Below are positions 19,414 to 29,020 of a stretch of DNA of 64,000 bases, in pieces (position 1 is the first letter of the stretch; each line of letters starts with the position of its first letter). Origin of the DNA: a virus (taxonomy: Duplodnaviria > Caudoviricetes); the IMG/VR virus record IMGVR_UViG_3300005680_000114, positions 4,280-68,279 of that record; one strand, 5' to 3'. A model generated the notes under the pieces. The model did no database searches. It was not told the origin of the DNA and worked only from the letters and a program-made list of their open reading frames with translations. Both the position numbers and the translations under genes were made by a program.

Positions 19414-19860
19414 CTAGCCCGCCATCGCCGTGAGCACGATCGAACCGTCCGGACGCGTCGTCTCCAACGGACGCAGGCCCTTACGGGTGAGCTCGATCTT
19501 GGCCTTTTCGACGCCGTACGCCTGGACGAATCCGCCCAGCCCGTTGTCCGCGGTGAGCCCCTTCAGGCCGCCGCTGATCCAGTTGTCGAACACGGGCACG
19601 AACTTGCCTTGCTTGGCAATCAGCCCGATCTCGTACTTGGCGCCGGGCACGCCGATCGCGTGATCGCACTTGCCGTAGTCTTCCGGCTTGATGTCGGTCG
19701 CCAGATACGCGGCATCCGGGCCGTTGTAGTCACCGACCCATTCGCCGAACCATTCGAACGACTTCTGATCGCGTTTGAACGTCCAGCCCAGCCGCTTACA
19801 CGCGGCCTCGATTGCTGCGAGATCCCGCAACTCGCATTTCACGGTTACAACATGACTCAT
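19414..19860 (-). CDS. DUF1257 (Ycf35-like) protein
   Basis: MSHVVTVKCELRDLAAIEAACKRLG..YEIGL..FDNW..QAYG.EKAK. Confidence 0.85.
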   Translation of the reverse strand: MSHVVTVKCELRDLAAIEAACKRLGWTFKRDQKSFEWFGEWVGDYNGPDAAYLATDIKPEDYGKCDHAIGVPGAKYEIGLIAKQGKFVPVFDNWISGGLKGLTADNGLGGFVQAYGVEKAKIELTRKGLRPLETTRPDGSIVLTAMAG

Positions 19861-20312
19861 CAGCAGTCTCCTTTTTTTGAGTAACGCTTTCTCCAATCCT
19901 GCCGCTTACACTCTCTGCAAATCCGATGATTCGGACGTCGCGGCCATACGTAGACGTTATCAGGCGTCAGCGCATGACCACGAACACAGTGCGTCTTTGC
20001 TGCATTGGTTGCTGCAGGAGTCTTGCCGCGCAAGGTATTAACCCTCGGCGTGACCGGCTCCATGTGCTTTGGATTGACGCAATGCCGCACACGGCACAGA
20101 TGATCGATCTGCAAGCCGCTGCCAATCCGACCATTACGCAACTCGTAAGCGAGGCGGTGTACGAGCACTTGGCGCCGCACGCCGTCGATCACAGTCGAAT
20201 ACGTTCCGTAGCCGCCCCTGGTGAGAGCTCCTTTCCAATACCAGCATCCGCGTTTAGTCTTGGTGACCATCGACCAAAACAGGCGACGATGATGGGCAGT
20301 AACCTTGCACAC
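19860..20312 (-). CDS. HNH endonuclease
   Basis: GCWYW..GGYG..VHRLAY..IDHLCRVRHCVNPKHMEPVT..N..RG..KTHCVRGH..RICREC. Confidence 0.9.
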   Translation of the reverse strand: MCKVTAHHRRLFWSMVTKTKRGCWYWKGALTRGGYGTYSTVIDGVRRQVLVHRLAYELRNGRIGSGLQIDHLCRVRHCVNPKHMEPVTPRVNTLRGKTPAATNAAKTHCVRGHALTPDNVYVWPRRPNHRICRECKRQDWRKRYSKKGDC

Positions 20313-20487
20313 TGAACACCTCCAGATGGTCGGCCGGCGAAACGCTCGCCGGCTACCCTACCCAGCACGGAATCGGCCGCCCCTCAATGCTCCTACAGTT
20401 CAGGAGAATTGGCGGCTAATAGCCGCCCGCCCCCTGCTTCCAATGTGGCCGCGTTGCTTAGGCGCGGAAGGGGCGGGCGAGGTGCGG

Positions 20488-20712
20488 TTAGCGGACGCCC
20501 CACATGCGGAGGCTGGCGGCAACGTCGCTCAGGGTGACAGGTCGATCCATTTCGGCGGCCGAGTCGATGAGCTTTCCCGCAACGTCCTCATCGTCGATCT
20601 GGTGGGCGGCCATGCGAATGACGGCAGGGGTCAGCTCCAGCACGTCGCAGCCTTGTTCGCCAGCAGTGACCGAGATGGTTTCGAGCACGTCGTGCAGATT
20701 GATCTTTTTCAT
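20488..20712 (-). CDS. Hypothetical protein
   Basis: MKKINLHDVL.. after an AGGAG RBS. Confidence 0.6.
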   Translation of the reverse strand: MKKINLHDVLETISVTAGEQGCDVLELTPAVIRMAAHQIDDEDVAGKLIDSAAEMDRPVTLSDVAASLRMWGVR

Positions 20713-20791
20713 CGCATTTCTCCTGGCCCTTGCGGGGCCGCTCCGACTCACTCAGTCGGCGAGGGCCGCGTTGTGCGGCATACGGCTAAAC

Positions 20792-21067
20792 TTAACACCG
20801 TTCGATCTCCGCATCCACCAACCGAAACTCGGCCTTGCACGTGAACTCACAGCACTCGCAGGCGCAGGACATGGTGATCGAGCGCCCTTCTTGCGTCCAG
20901 TCATCAGAAGCGACGACGCCCCCGCACAACGGGCATTTGAGCCCGCCGAGCCGAACGAAGTCGCCCGCGATGCCGTCGAGCACGTCGACCAACGCGGCGC
21001 CTTCGCCGTAACGTGGCGCGGGCGGACGGGGCGGCCGCGGATCCGGTTGTTCCATGCGATTGCTCAT
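20792..21067 (-). CDS. Zn-ribbon protein
   Basis: CPLCGG...CACECC. Confidence 0.55.
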   Translation of the reverse strand: MSNRMEQPDPRPPRPPAPRYGEGAALVDVLDGIAGDFVRLGGLKCPLCGGVVASDDWTQEGRSITMSCACECCEFTCKAEFRLVDAEIERC

Positions 21068-21366
21068 TGCACGTTCTCGGGCACTGAGCACCGCGGCAAG
21101 AAACTGTTTTGCAACTGACCGGTCTTGCGATCGATGCTGCGGCGAATGCCGAACACGTCATGCGCGAAGTCGGTATCAGGAGCACTTTCCAGCTTCGCCA
21201 ATTCGAGCGGGCAACCGTTCAAGTGGCACGCGGTGACGTCCATCGACAACTCCATCGCGTCGATGCCTTTCATGTCGTGCTCACGTGCCATCGCAACGGC
21301 ACGCTTCACGATTCGGCCAATGATCATGGCCTCGGCCCTAGAAACCTTCCAATTGATGACGGACAC
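21064..21366 (-). CDS. DUF6874-like phage protein
   Basis: MDVTACHLNGCPLEL.KL..A.D.DFAHDVFGIRR.IDR.TG.L...FLPR. Confidence 0.8.
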   Translation of the reverse strand: MSVINWKVSRAEAMIIGRIVKRAVAMAREHDMKGIDAMELSMDVTACHLNGCPLELAKLESAPDTDFAHDVFGIRRSIDRKTGQLQNSFLPRCSVPENVQ

Positions 21367-22467
21367 GGTAAGTCTCCGAATACGAAAGCCCCCGGGCCGA
21401 ACCGCCGGCCCGCTACCATACCGAGAGCGATTCCGAAGCCCGCCCCTTCCTGCAGGAGAACCAGGCCATTGCTGCTAATGAGCGACACGCATGGTCATAC
21501 GCACGCGCGCGTAGGCGCCGGTCTGGCGGCACTACAACCGCGCGATCGCGCGTGCGTGCTCGTCTGGCGGCACTGTTCCTCTGGCGGCACCATTAGCCAA
21601 TATCACCCCCTTCCCGGCATTGCCGTACGCGTACCATCGGCCGGACCCGCCGCGCCATCGAAAACGCGGCGCGCCCAGGCAGACGGCCCGAACTCGGCCC
21701 GCCGTCGACGAGCTCGACACCGATCAGCCGAACCGCAGCGCAGCCGAACCGCCGGCGAGCTCGACAACGGCCCTGCGGCCGCAGCCCGCATCCGATCGGC
21801 ACGCCGGACGACTCCGAACACGGCCGAACGTCGCCGGACGCCGCAGAGCGCAAACGCCGCAGCCGGCGAACCGACGACGGCCCGCACTTGACCGAGCTCG
21901 GCACCGCCGGCCGCAGACAGCCGCAGCAATGCCGACATCGTGAAGGAGATCAGCCGAGGGGAGCAACGGCCGCAGAGAGCGAACCGCAGAGCGCAAGAGA
22001 CGCGCAGCAAAACGCCCCGTGCCGAAACGTCGACACGAGGCGCGAGGGGGAAACGAGATCAGCCGGACAACGTCAGACGGCAAACTCGCGCCGCAAGAAC
22101 CGCAGATATGCGGGGTCGACATTGGCCCACAAATCGGGCTTGCCGCCGGCGTCATCATCGGCAGCACGGCAGAACGCGAGAATGGCACGCGTACGCACCG
22201 GCGACGACTCGCCGCGCGGTTCATCGCCCCGGCGATAGTTCGGACCGTTGACGACATCGGCACGCCCCATAATCGCACGACCGGACCGCGCAGCAGCAAC
22301 AGCGGCAACAACATGATTTAGCATCGAACGGACTCCCAAGAGATCAGCCGCGCGGCAGTGGTAAGCACCGCACGGCCGACGAACACGAAACCACCGGACG
22401 CAACGCCCGGCAAACGAATACGCCCCCGAGCCGAAACCCGGGGGCGTGATCGGATGCCGCAGCAAAC

Positions 22468-23136
22468 CTAGCTGGACTTGGCCGGCGTCATCGCCCGCAA
22501 CGCTTCGAGCACGGCCCGCAGCTTGGCAACCGTAGCGGGCTTGTCGCAGCCATCCCAGACCATCGCCGACTTACCGGCGCGAGAATGCAAACGCTCGGCA
22601 TACTGGACGACGCCCGCCGCTTTGAGCTCCTTCGAGCTCTTCCCCGCCTTGATACCCTTTTGCCAAGCTTCCGTTTGGTCCTTCTCTTTCGCATCGGCCG
22701 GAATGAGCGTATCGGCGTTATCGAGCACCGAGCTCAGCAGCAACGGCAGACCGTCGACCAATTGCGACAACTGCGCCGGGAAGACCGACAGCGGCGCACC
22801 GCCTTTACCTTCGGCCGAGGAATTGAGCTTGAACCCGTTGAGCACCGCGCGGCCGGCTTCGGAGAACGTAATCCGGAAACCGCCGGACGACGCGGCGCGC
22901 TTGGTGGCGAACTCATGTTGTGCCCCGATGATCTCGGCCACAACGCCGGCGGGAACCATCTGCAAAAGCGCCGTCGTCTCGGCCGGCTCTTTCATGTTGA
23001 GCACAACCGACATGGCCCACGAACGAACGGCATCGGCATCGGTGCGACCATGCCGCAGGAATTCGAGCACCTCGACGCACTTGTGCTCCGGTCCGAGAAT
23101 GACGCGCTCGACAGCTTGCGAAGGATTCGACGACAT
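22468..23136 (-). CDS. Hypothetical protein (possible nucleic-acid binding)
   Basis: MSSNPSQAVE.. with GGGAG RBS; the only convincing ORF between 21.4 and 24.2 kb. Confidence 0.65.
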   Translation of the reverse strand: MSSNPSQAVERVILGPEHKCVEVLEFLRHGRTDADAVRSWAMSVVLNMKEPAETTALLQMVPAGVVAEIIGAQHEFATKRAASSGGFRITFSEAGRAVLNGFKLNSSAEGKGGAPLSVFPAQLSQLVDGLPLLLSSVLDNADTLIPADAKEKDQTEAWQKGIKAGKSSKELKAAGVVQYAERLHSRAGKSAMVWDGCDKPATVAKLRAVLEALRAMTPAKSS

Positions 23137-24233
23137 AGCTTCAGACTCCCATAGAAGACGGCCCGTCATCGGTGGTAATCGACGACGAACCAAACACGCC
23201 CCGCCGATCAGGATTGACCATCCCGAGATAGTCGGCCGGACGGCGGAGTTATTCGGCCAGACCCCGCAACCGACTAGAGCGAAACTTTCGCCCGGCTTGA
23301 GATCAGCCCCCGACGACGACCGTCGCCGACGCTCGCAAACCGCAGCCGCAGCCGATGAAACGCAGCCGAAGACGACGGCCGAAACGTCGCCGAAAAAATT
23401 CTAGCGAAAAACAAACTGGACACTACCGGGAAACGGGAAACGCCGCAGCCGATCAGCGCCATTCCCGAGAGATCAGCACCGCTAAGGAAAGCAAAAGGCA
23501 AATCCACACTTCCCAGGCAACCAACGCCAAACGATCCCCGGCGCCGTCGCCGACATCGCCGAACCCAGACCGAACCCGGCTTTTCGTATTCACCCGCAGA
23601 CGCTTTCCCTATTCACCCTAAATTGACCCCACACGGCAGCACGCATCACGGCAGGCATGAGAAGAGAGGGGCGGATTCACACTAGAAGCACGTATTTTGG
23701 GGGGCGTTTAGGGCCTGCTACCGCATGCCTTATCGTAACTCGTTACGCGTCAACGGCTTGCCCCGATCTAGACCCGGGGGTACTGGCCCCAACTGGCGGA
23801 CGAAATCGCTATTGGTTCCCCCTCCGGTATTTTTCACGTTTTTCCGTCTGGTAAGATGCGTCGAATTGGTAAACGTCTTTTCCCGGCGTGATGGAAGGGC
23901 GTGGAGCGTGGTTTGCTCGGCGTTTCCGAGCTTGCTTTCTGCGGAAGCGCACCGCCCCCTAGAGCGCGGCCGAGTGGCCGAAATTGCAGTTGTCGCCTAT
24001 CCGAACGGCTCTTTGGGTTGAGCGCGGCGTAAAGCCTCATTACACGTCGAGTTGCGTCGACGCCGAGGGTTACCGGACCGGGTACCGGGATTCCTCGCAC
24101 CGCTGGGATAGGCCGAGCGTTCCGTGTGTTTGCCAGATGGAGGCTGTGACCGCCGGGATACGCTGGGCGGCTGGGCTTTTCGGAACGGGCTCGGGCGGCG
24201 GACGGGAAACAAAAAAGCCGTCAGGCGTTGGGC

Positions 24234-24560
24234 TTACGCGCTGACGGCTGACTTCGGTTGATCTTTGGAATGGAGCTCGACCTGAGCGAGGTTCATGGCG
24301 ACGCGGACGCTGTCGCCGTTGTGGTCGTACTCGCCTGCGGCGGCCTTCGGCATGGCGGCGTCGAGGATGGCTTTTGCCCCTTCGCCGATCAGCTTGCAGC
24401 GGTTGGTGAAGCCTTGATCGGTCGACGCAAAGTCTTTGGGCATGGCGGCTTGGATTGCGTCGCAGATGCCCTTTTCGATGGCGACAAGCCGCTCGGCTTC
24501 TGTGAGCAGGGGGCTATGGGCCAGCCCGTAAAACACTTTTGCCGCATCCATCATTCCCAT
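24234..24560 (-). CDS. Hypothetical protein
   Basis: MGMMDAAKVF.. with AGGGA RBS. Confidence 0.55.
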   Translation of the reverse strand: MGMMDAAKVFYGLAHSPLLTEAERLVAIEKGICDAIQAAMPKDFASTDQGFTNRCKLIGEGAKAILDAAMPKAAAGEYDHNGDSVRVAMNLAQVELHSKDQPKSAVSA

Positions 24561-24609
24561 CGCCGAGTCCCTTCGCCACAAAGAAGTTAGAACGCCTCGC
24601 CTTCGCTGC

Positions 24610-25023
24610 TTAGCCCGCGGCGCCGTTGATCACCGGCTCCCGCTTGGTCGGCACTTCGGAGCTCGCGGCCGGGATGGGGGCGTGGCGGTCGGATTCGTTG
24701 CCGATCACGGCGACGATGTCGTTCTCACGGACGACGAAATACTCGACGGTGCCGAGCTTTACGTCCAAGGCCGGGGCCATCGGGTTGATCACGACGCGCT
24801 GGCCGACTTGGCGGGTGGTCGGGACGAATCCGCCGGCCATGGTGTGTACGCCGGGGCCGATGCCGACGATGATGCCGCGGCGTTGCTGATAGTGCCGCAC
24901 TTGGCCGTCCGGCAGCAGGATCCCGCCGGCGGTAACCTTCGGCGCCTCTTCGGCTTTGATCAGGGCGTAGTCGCCGCTCATTGTGAGAAAGTCATCGGCA
25001 GGCAGTTCGCACAACAGCGGCAT
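24610..25023 (-). CDS. groES: GroES-like co-chaperonin
   Basis: KVTAGGILLP mobile loop; GIIVGIGPG; VGQRV; EYFVVRENDIVAVI. Confidence 0.88.
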   Translation of the reverse strand: MPLLCELPADDFLTMSGDYALIKAEEAPKVTAGGILLPDGQVRHYQQRRGIIVGIGPGVHTMAGGFVPTTRQVGQRVVINPMAPALDVKLGTVEYFVVRENDIVAVIGNESDRHAPIPAASSEVPTKREPVINGAAG

Positions 25024-25417
25024 GGGGCAGGCTCCGTCGTCAAGGGGTGAGGGCTTCGGGCGGGCGCAAAAAGAAAGCCGCCACGTGTCTCGGACTGGTG
25101 TGCTACCACTTCGTCACGGCACCCACGGGCGGCTTGCGAGTTTATCGGCTCGCGCCGGTCGTCGCTAAATTGTCGGCGGCCGTCTGAAGGGGTAGCGGGC
25201 CAATACTAGGCCGACCATCCCGAGATTGTCAAACGCGCGCGGGCTGCTATGATGCTCCGCGGGTGAGATGCCGCCGGTCAGTTTTGAGACGGGGCGGCGC
25301 TTGACCAGGGCGTGCCGTCCGTCGTCTGTCCATCGGCATTGTCCACCAACGCGAGTCGTCACACGGGTCCGCCTCCCACTATGACGCTCGCGTTTGTTTT
25401 TGCGCCCGGAGGTCCGC

Positions 25418-25765
25418 ATGCCGGTTTCAGAGAAGCGGCGCCGAAAACACCGCGACTACATGCGTCGACGGTATCACGAAGATCCCGAGTTTCGCCGCAA
25501 GCACATTGCCCGTGTGCAAGTCGCCAAGGCGGTGCGTCGCGGCAAACTTCAAAAGAATGCCTGCGAGTCGTGCGGCAATCCGGAATCGGAAGCTCATCAC
25601 GACGATTACGGCAAGCCGCTCGAAGTGAAATGGTTTTGCCGAAAGTGCCACGAACTCAAGCACGGTGGCCCCGGGTGCCATGGCTCGGACGTTCGTGATG
25701 AAGCCGCGCGTTTGGGCGTCACATTGAAGGAGCCGTCATGCAATTCACCCGCCGTCAGTGGTTGA
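25418..25765 (+). CDS. HNH-like Zn-finger endonuclease
   Basis: [33 protein letters not shown]. Confidence 0.8.
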   Translation: MPVSEKRRRKHRDYMRRRYHEDPEFRRKHIARVQVAKAVRRGKLQKNACESCGNPESEAHHDDYGKPLEVKWFCRKCHELKHGGPGCHGSDVRDEAARLGVTLKEPSCNSPAVSG

Positions 25766-26025
25766 ACCTCGCCGCTTCGTTGCTCTCTTGGTTCGGCGGA
25801 CTGCGCCGGCTGTTCAGCCCGCCGCCCGAGATCGTCGACGTGCAACGCCGCGTCATGCGCGGCAGCGGCGGCAGTAGAGGCAAGACGCTGACCGATGGCC
25901 CGTACCACACGAACGACGCCATGGAGCGGCATCGCTTGCTGCGCGGATCCAATCGCGAAGGCATGACGATTAAGCACGCCGCCGAGTTCATTGAGGCGCT
26001 GACCAAAGATAGGACTTTGTCATAA
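25738..26025 (+). CDS. Hypothetical protein (TRRQWL twin-arginine-like N-terminus)
   Basis: AAGGAG RBS; [16 protein letters not shown]. Confidence 0.5.
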   Translation: MQFTRRQWLNLAASLLSWFGGLRRLFSPPPEIVDVQRRVMRGSGGSRGKTLTDGPYHTNDAMERHRLLRGSNREGMTIKHAAEFIEALTKDRTLS

Positions 26026-26029
26026 AGTC

Positions 26030-26728
26030 CTAACGCGCACCCGGCGGCGCGTATTTCCGCAGCAGATATTGCAGGCGCTCGCGCCCCTTCTTCTCGAGTT
26101 GGCGCACCCGTTCGCGAGTGATGCGGTAAATGTCGCCGACTTCCTCGAGCGTCAGTCCGCCGGCCCGCAGCAGAATGATCTCGGCTTGACGCGGATCGAT
26201 TCGCTGCATCGCGTTCAGCATCACGCGCATCGACGGGCCGTCGTAGGTTTCGTGCTGGACGTCGAACACAATCTGCTCGCCGATCGTCTTGCCCTCTTCG
26301 CCGTTGATGTCGGTGCGGAGATCCGTCGACAACATACGCCGCGCCGCCTTCGCCGCGGCCTTCGTCTCGGCGGTGATGGCCTTCGACTTCGCACGGGTGC
26401 GAATGTTGACCGAGACGCGAATGACGCCTTGATTCTCAAACGCCCAGCGTTCGACCTTGTGCTTGATGCAGAGCATCGCGTACGTCGAAAGTTTGCCGTA
26501 GCTGAAATCGAATTGGTCGATCGAGTAGATGAACGCTTCGACGGCGACGCTATAGCACTCTTCGATCGACATGCCGAATCGCATCGAGCGGCGCGTGGCG
26601 AGAAAGATCAGGCCTTGATTCCGCAGCACAAGCTCGTTGCGGGCCGCCAGTCGTTCGGCGTCCGTCTCCGCGGATTGGGCCCGGCGGATCAGCTCGCGTT
26701 CTTCGTCGGCGTCGGGATGGTTGCTCAT
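26030..26728 (-). CDS. Sigma-70-family RNA polymerase sigma factor (regions 2 and 4)
   Basis: RNELVLRNQGLI..FDFSYGKLSTYA; TLEEVGDIYRITRERVRQLE. Confidence 0.9.
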   Translation of the reverse strand: MSNHPDADEERELIRRAQSAETDAERLAARNELVLRNQGLIFLATRRSMRFGMSIEECYSVAVEAFIYSIDQFDFSYGKLSTYAMLCIKHKVERWAFENQGVIRVSVNIRTRAKSKAITAETKAAAKAARRMLSTDLRTDINGEEGKTIGEQIVFDVQHETYDGPSMRVMLNAMQRIDPRQAEIILLRAGGLTLEEVGDIYRITRERVRQLEKKGRERLQYLLRKYAPPGAR

Positions 26729-26934
26729 CGGGCTCCGCTCTTACTCACGCTGCAGTAGGCGTCGACTTTGGCGAGTAGCAGCTTCATCGCCTGTTCGATG
26801 CAATTGATCTTCGACGCGGGATCCACGGCCGGCGCCTTGGCGTGCAGGTACGTCCAGCGCTTGCGGATCTTGTCGTGCTCGTACCACATCGCGCAGTGAA
26901 TGCCGGACGCGTTGACGTACGAAACGAAGGGCAT
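26725..26934 (-). CDS. Hypothetical protein
   Basis: 69 aa; overlaps its neighbours in operon fashion. Confidence 0.5.
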   Translation of the reverse strand: MPFVSYVNASGIHCAMWYEHDKIRKRWTYLHAKAPAVDPASKINCIEQAMKLLLAKVDAYCSVSKSGAR

Positions 26935-26936
26935 GG

Positions 26937-27206
26937 CTATCTCTCGCCGGCGGGCGGATCCACAAGGGGCAGCACTTGCTCAAAGCACTTCACGAAATCG
27001 GCGACGAGTATGCGCGGGTAGCCTTCGGCAAGAGGGCGCTCGGCCCCCGTGACTTGATAGAAGGCTTCGAACAGTACGGTCGAGTCGTCGCGGTTCTCCG
27101 TCCACGCGTAGCGGATCTCGCCGGCCAACTCCGTGTTGCTGACGTTTAAGCTCATGCCGTCGAGCGGACCGCCGTTGAGTCGAATGCAGTGATGATGGCC
27201 GATCAC
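26937..27206 (-). CDS. Hypothetical protein
   Basis: GTGA overlap with the upstream stop; LNGGPLDG motif. Confidence 0.55.
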   Translation of the reverse strand: MIGHHHCIRLNGGPLDGMSLNVSNTELAGEIRYAWTENRDDSTVLFEAFYQVTGAERPLAEGYPRILVADFVKCFEQVLPLVDPPAGER

Positions 27207-28270
27207 TTGCGTTCTCCTTTGCGGACGACGCGGCGGCGCGGGCGTTCGTCGGCGACTGGCGCCGGCGGTACGTCGCGCGGAGTCAAAGGCTTCGTCGGAA
27301 CGCGCTCGAGCATCGCGGCGCTGTACGGGCTCGCGTGTCCGACCAGTCGCACACACCAGCACTTTTCGGAGTCGAGGTACTTGGTCTTCTCGACGCGAGC
27401 TTCGCCGCCGCCGTGTTTGAAGCGGACCAACTCGCCGGGATGAAACGGCGAGACGTTGCGATTGGCGTGGATCATGTCGGCCGATTGCGCCGCATTCTTC
27501 AGCGCGTCGGCAAAGTCGTTCTTGTACGCGTTGTTGTTCGCGAAGAGCTTCGGCGCCATTGAGGTAATGCTGATCCCCGACAAGTCGATCCCGTAGTACG
27601 TCTTAGATCCGCTCCCCGGATCCGACACTGCGGCGAACTTCGACGGTCCGAAGATCTGATCGTCGCGCAGGACGTTGCCAACAGCGGCCGTTGTCTCGTC
27701 ACTGGAAAGAGTCGTCTGTGCGTCGTCGAGCTCGGGCGGAATCTCAAACTCGCTGATCTTCACGTAGCACGCGCACTCCTTGGCAGCAGCGTCGCCAAAG
27801 ATGGGAATGAACCACCACTTGCCGTCGCGATGAAAGCAGCGCTGCACGGTAACGCAGTCGGACTTAAAACCGCCGCGCGGGACAACGATCTCGCCCGGTT
27901 CGAACGGCGCTTGCTCGATGCCGTCTTTTGGATACGCGCCGTCGTCGATTGCTCCGACGGCGCTATCGAAGGCCACCGCCCAGCCTTCGCGGCCGGCGAA
28001 GCTGGCGCTTTCGTGGATCCACGCCACGTACACGCGATGCCGAACAGTCAGCAGCGAGACGCAATACTTCATGTGCTTCGGCATCCGATACGGAAGCGAA
28101 CGCAAGTAGGCGCCTGCGAGATGGGATTTCTCTTGCAGCGACAAGATCGCGGCCACGGGCAGACAGCCAAGCGACGCCAGCGTTGCGTTGAGCGGTCCGC
28201 CGATGCAGACGGCGTCGAACGTCGTGAGATCCTGCAGCGTCTTCAGTTCTTCGAGAGGTCGGTATCGCAA
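27203..28270 (-). CDS. Hypothetical mosaic protein
   Basis: Long ORF with two 'PF.PGE.V...G' SH3/KOW-like repeats; start uncertain. Confidence 0.6.
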   Translation of the reverse strand: MRYRPLEELKTLQDLTTFDAVCIGGPLNATLASLGCLPVAAILSLQEKSHLAGAYLRSLPYRMPKHMKYCVSLLTVRHRVYVAWIHESASFAGREGWAVAFDSAVGAIDDGAYPKDGIEQAPFEPGEIVVPRGGFKSDCVTVQRCFHRDGKWWFIPIFGDAAAKECACYVKISEFEIPPELDDAQTTLSSDETTAAVGNVLRDDQIFGPSKFAAVSDPGSGSKTYYGIDLSGISITSMAPKLFANNNAYKNDFADALKNAAQSADMIHANRNVSPFHPGELVRFKHGGGEARVEKTKYLDSEKCWCVRLVGHASPYSAAMLERVPTKPLTPRDVPPAPVADERPRRRVVRKGERK

Positions 28271-28533
28271 GGGGTGGGCTCCTTCTTCGTGTCGGGGTAC
28301 TCGCCGTCGAGCTCGGCGGGCGTGCCGACGGCGATCGTCATGTCGAAGACACGGCGGCCGGCGCGGCGGCTCAGCAGCAAGACAACCTGTTGCTCGCTGC
28401 GAGGATGCTTCAATCGAACGTGACGCGTCTCGCTCTCCGAGATCTCTTCTTCGGTGAACTCTTGGAAGAGCACGGACGCAAGTAAGCCGATGACGCGCGA
28501 GACGTCATAGCGTGAGCCCAGGTAGAGCAGCAC
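28243..28533 (-). CDS. Hypothetical protein
   Basis: ORF co-oriented with its neighbours; AGGAG RBS. Confidence 0.5.
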   Translation of the reverse strand: MLLYLGSRYDVSRVIGLLASVLFQEFTEEEISESETRHVRLKHPRSEQQVVLLLSRRAGRRVFDMTIAVGTPAELDGEYPDTKKEPTPCDTDLSKN

Positions 28534-28543
28534 GGCGGATCTC

Positions 28544-28825
28544 CTAACGTGCGCCGCGGCGGGGCTTATTGCGCCGCGTTGTTGCCGAAGGTTCGGCGTT
28601 GATGGCGATGAGGAATCGGCGGTAGGCGGCCTTGGACGTGCAGAGGATCCCGCCTTCCCAAACAGTCTCGAGTCGATGCACCAATCCGTTCACGCGCGAA
28701 CGCACGCCGCGACGTGCCCAGGCTTGAACGGTTTTGTAGCGCGCGGTGCAACCGTATTCGCGCGTGCATTTCAACGGAATGCGGGGCTCGTCGAACAGCG
28801 GTGACACGTCGTTGATCGACGTCAT
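28544..28825 (-). CDS. DUF1580-like HTH (excisionase/MerR-like DNA-binding protein)
   Basis: TVQAWARRGV....RLETVWEGGILCTSKAAYRRFL, a pattern typical of Planctomycete elements. Confidence 0.75.
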   Translation of the reverse strand: MTSINDVSPLFDEPRIPLKCTREYGCTARYKTVQAWARRGVRSRVNGLVHRLETVWEGGILCTSKAAYRRFLIAINAEPSATTRRNKPRRGAR

Positions 28826-29020
28826 CGAAATACCTCGCGTCCTGCGGGGAGAGCCTGACCACCCCTAGATTGTCAGTGCTCCATCATGCCGTTTTACGCC
28901 GTTGCGTCAACGTGAACGCCGCAAAGCGTTGTCAGTACCAGGGTTCGGCGACTATTGCTCGTCCTGTCGCTTGCCCGGCGACGACTCGAGAAATCGCCCT
29001 TCACAAGCCCACGGTGAAAC

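Noticed and set aside
21470-22465. Several overlapping 100-200 aa ORFs on both strands
   Set aside because: Arg/Ala/Pro-rich translations with no RBS or motifs are typical spurious high-GC ORFs.
23960-24015. tRNA-like D-arm (GCGGCCGAGTGGCCGAA)
   Set aside because: No T-arm or consistent cloverleaf follows.
25075-25135. tRNA-like start on the minus strand (GCCGTGACGAAGTGGTAGCAC)
   Set aside because: No TTCGA T-loop; it looks more like a hairpin/terminator upstream of groES.
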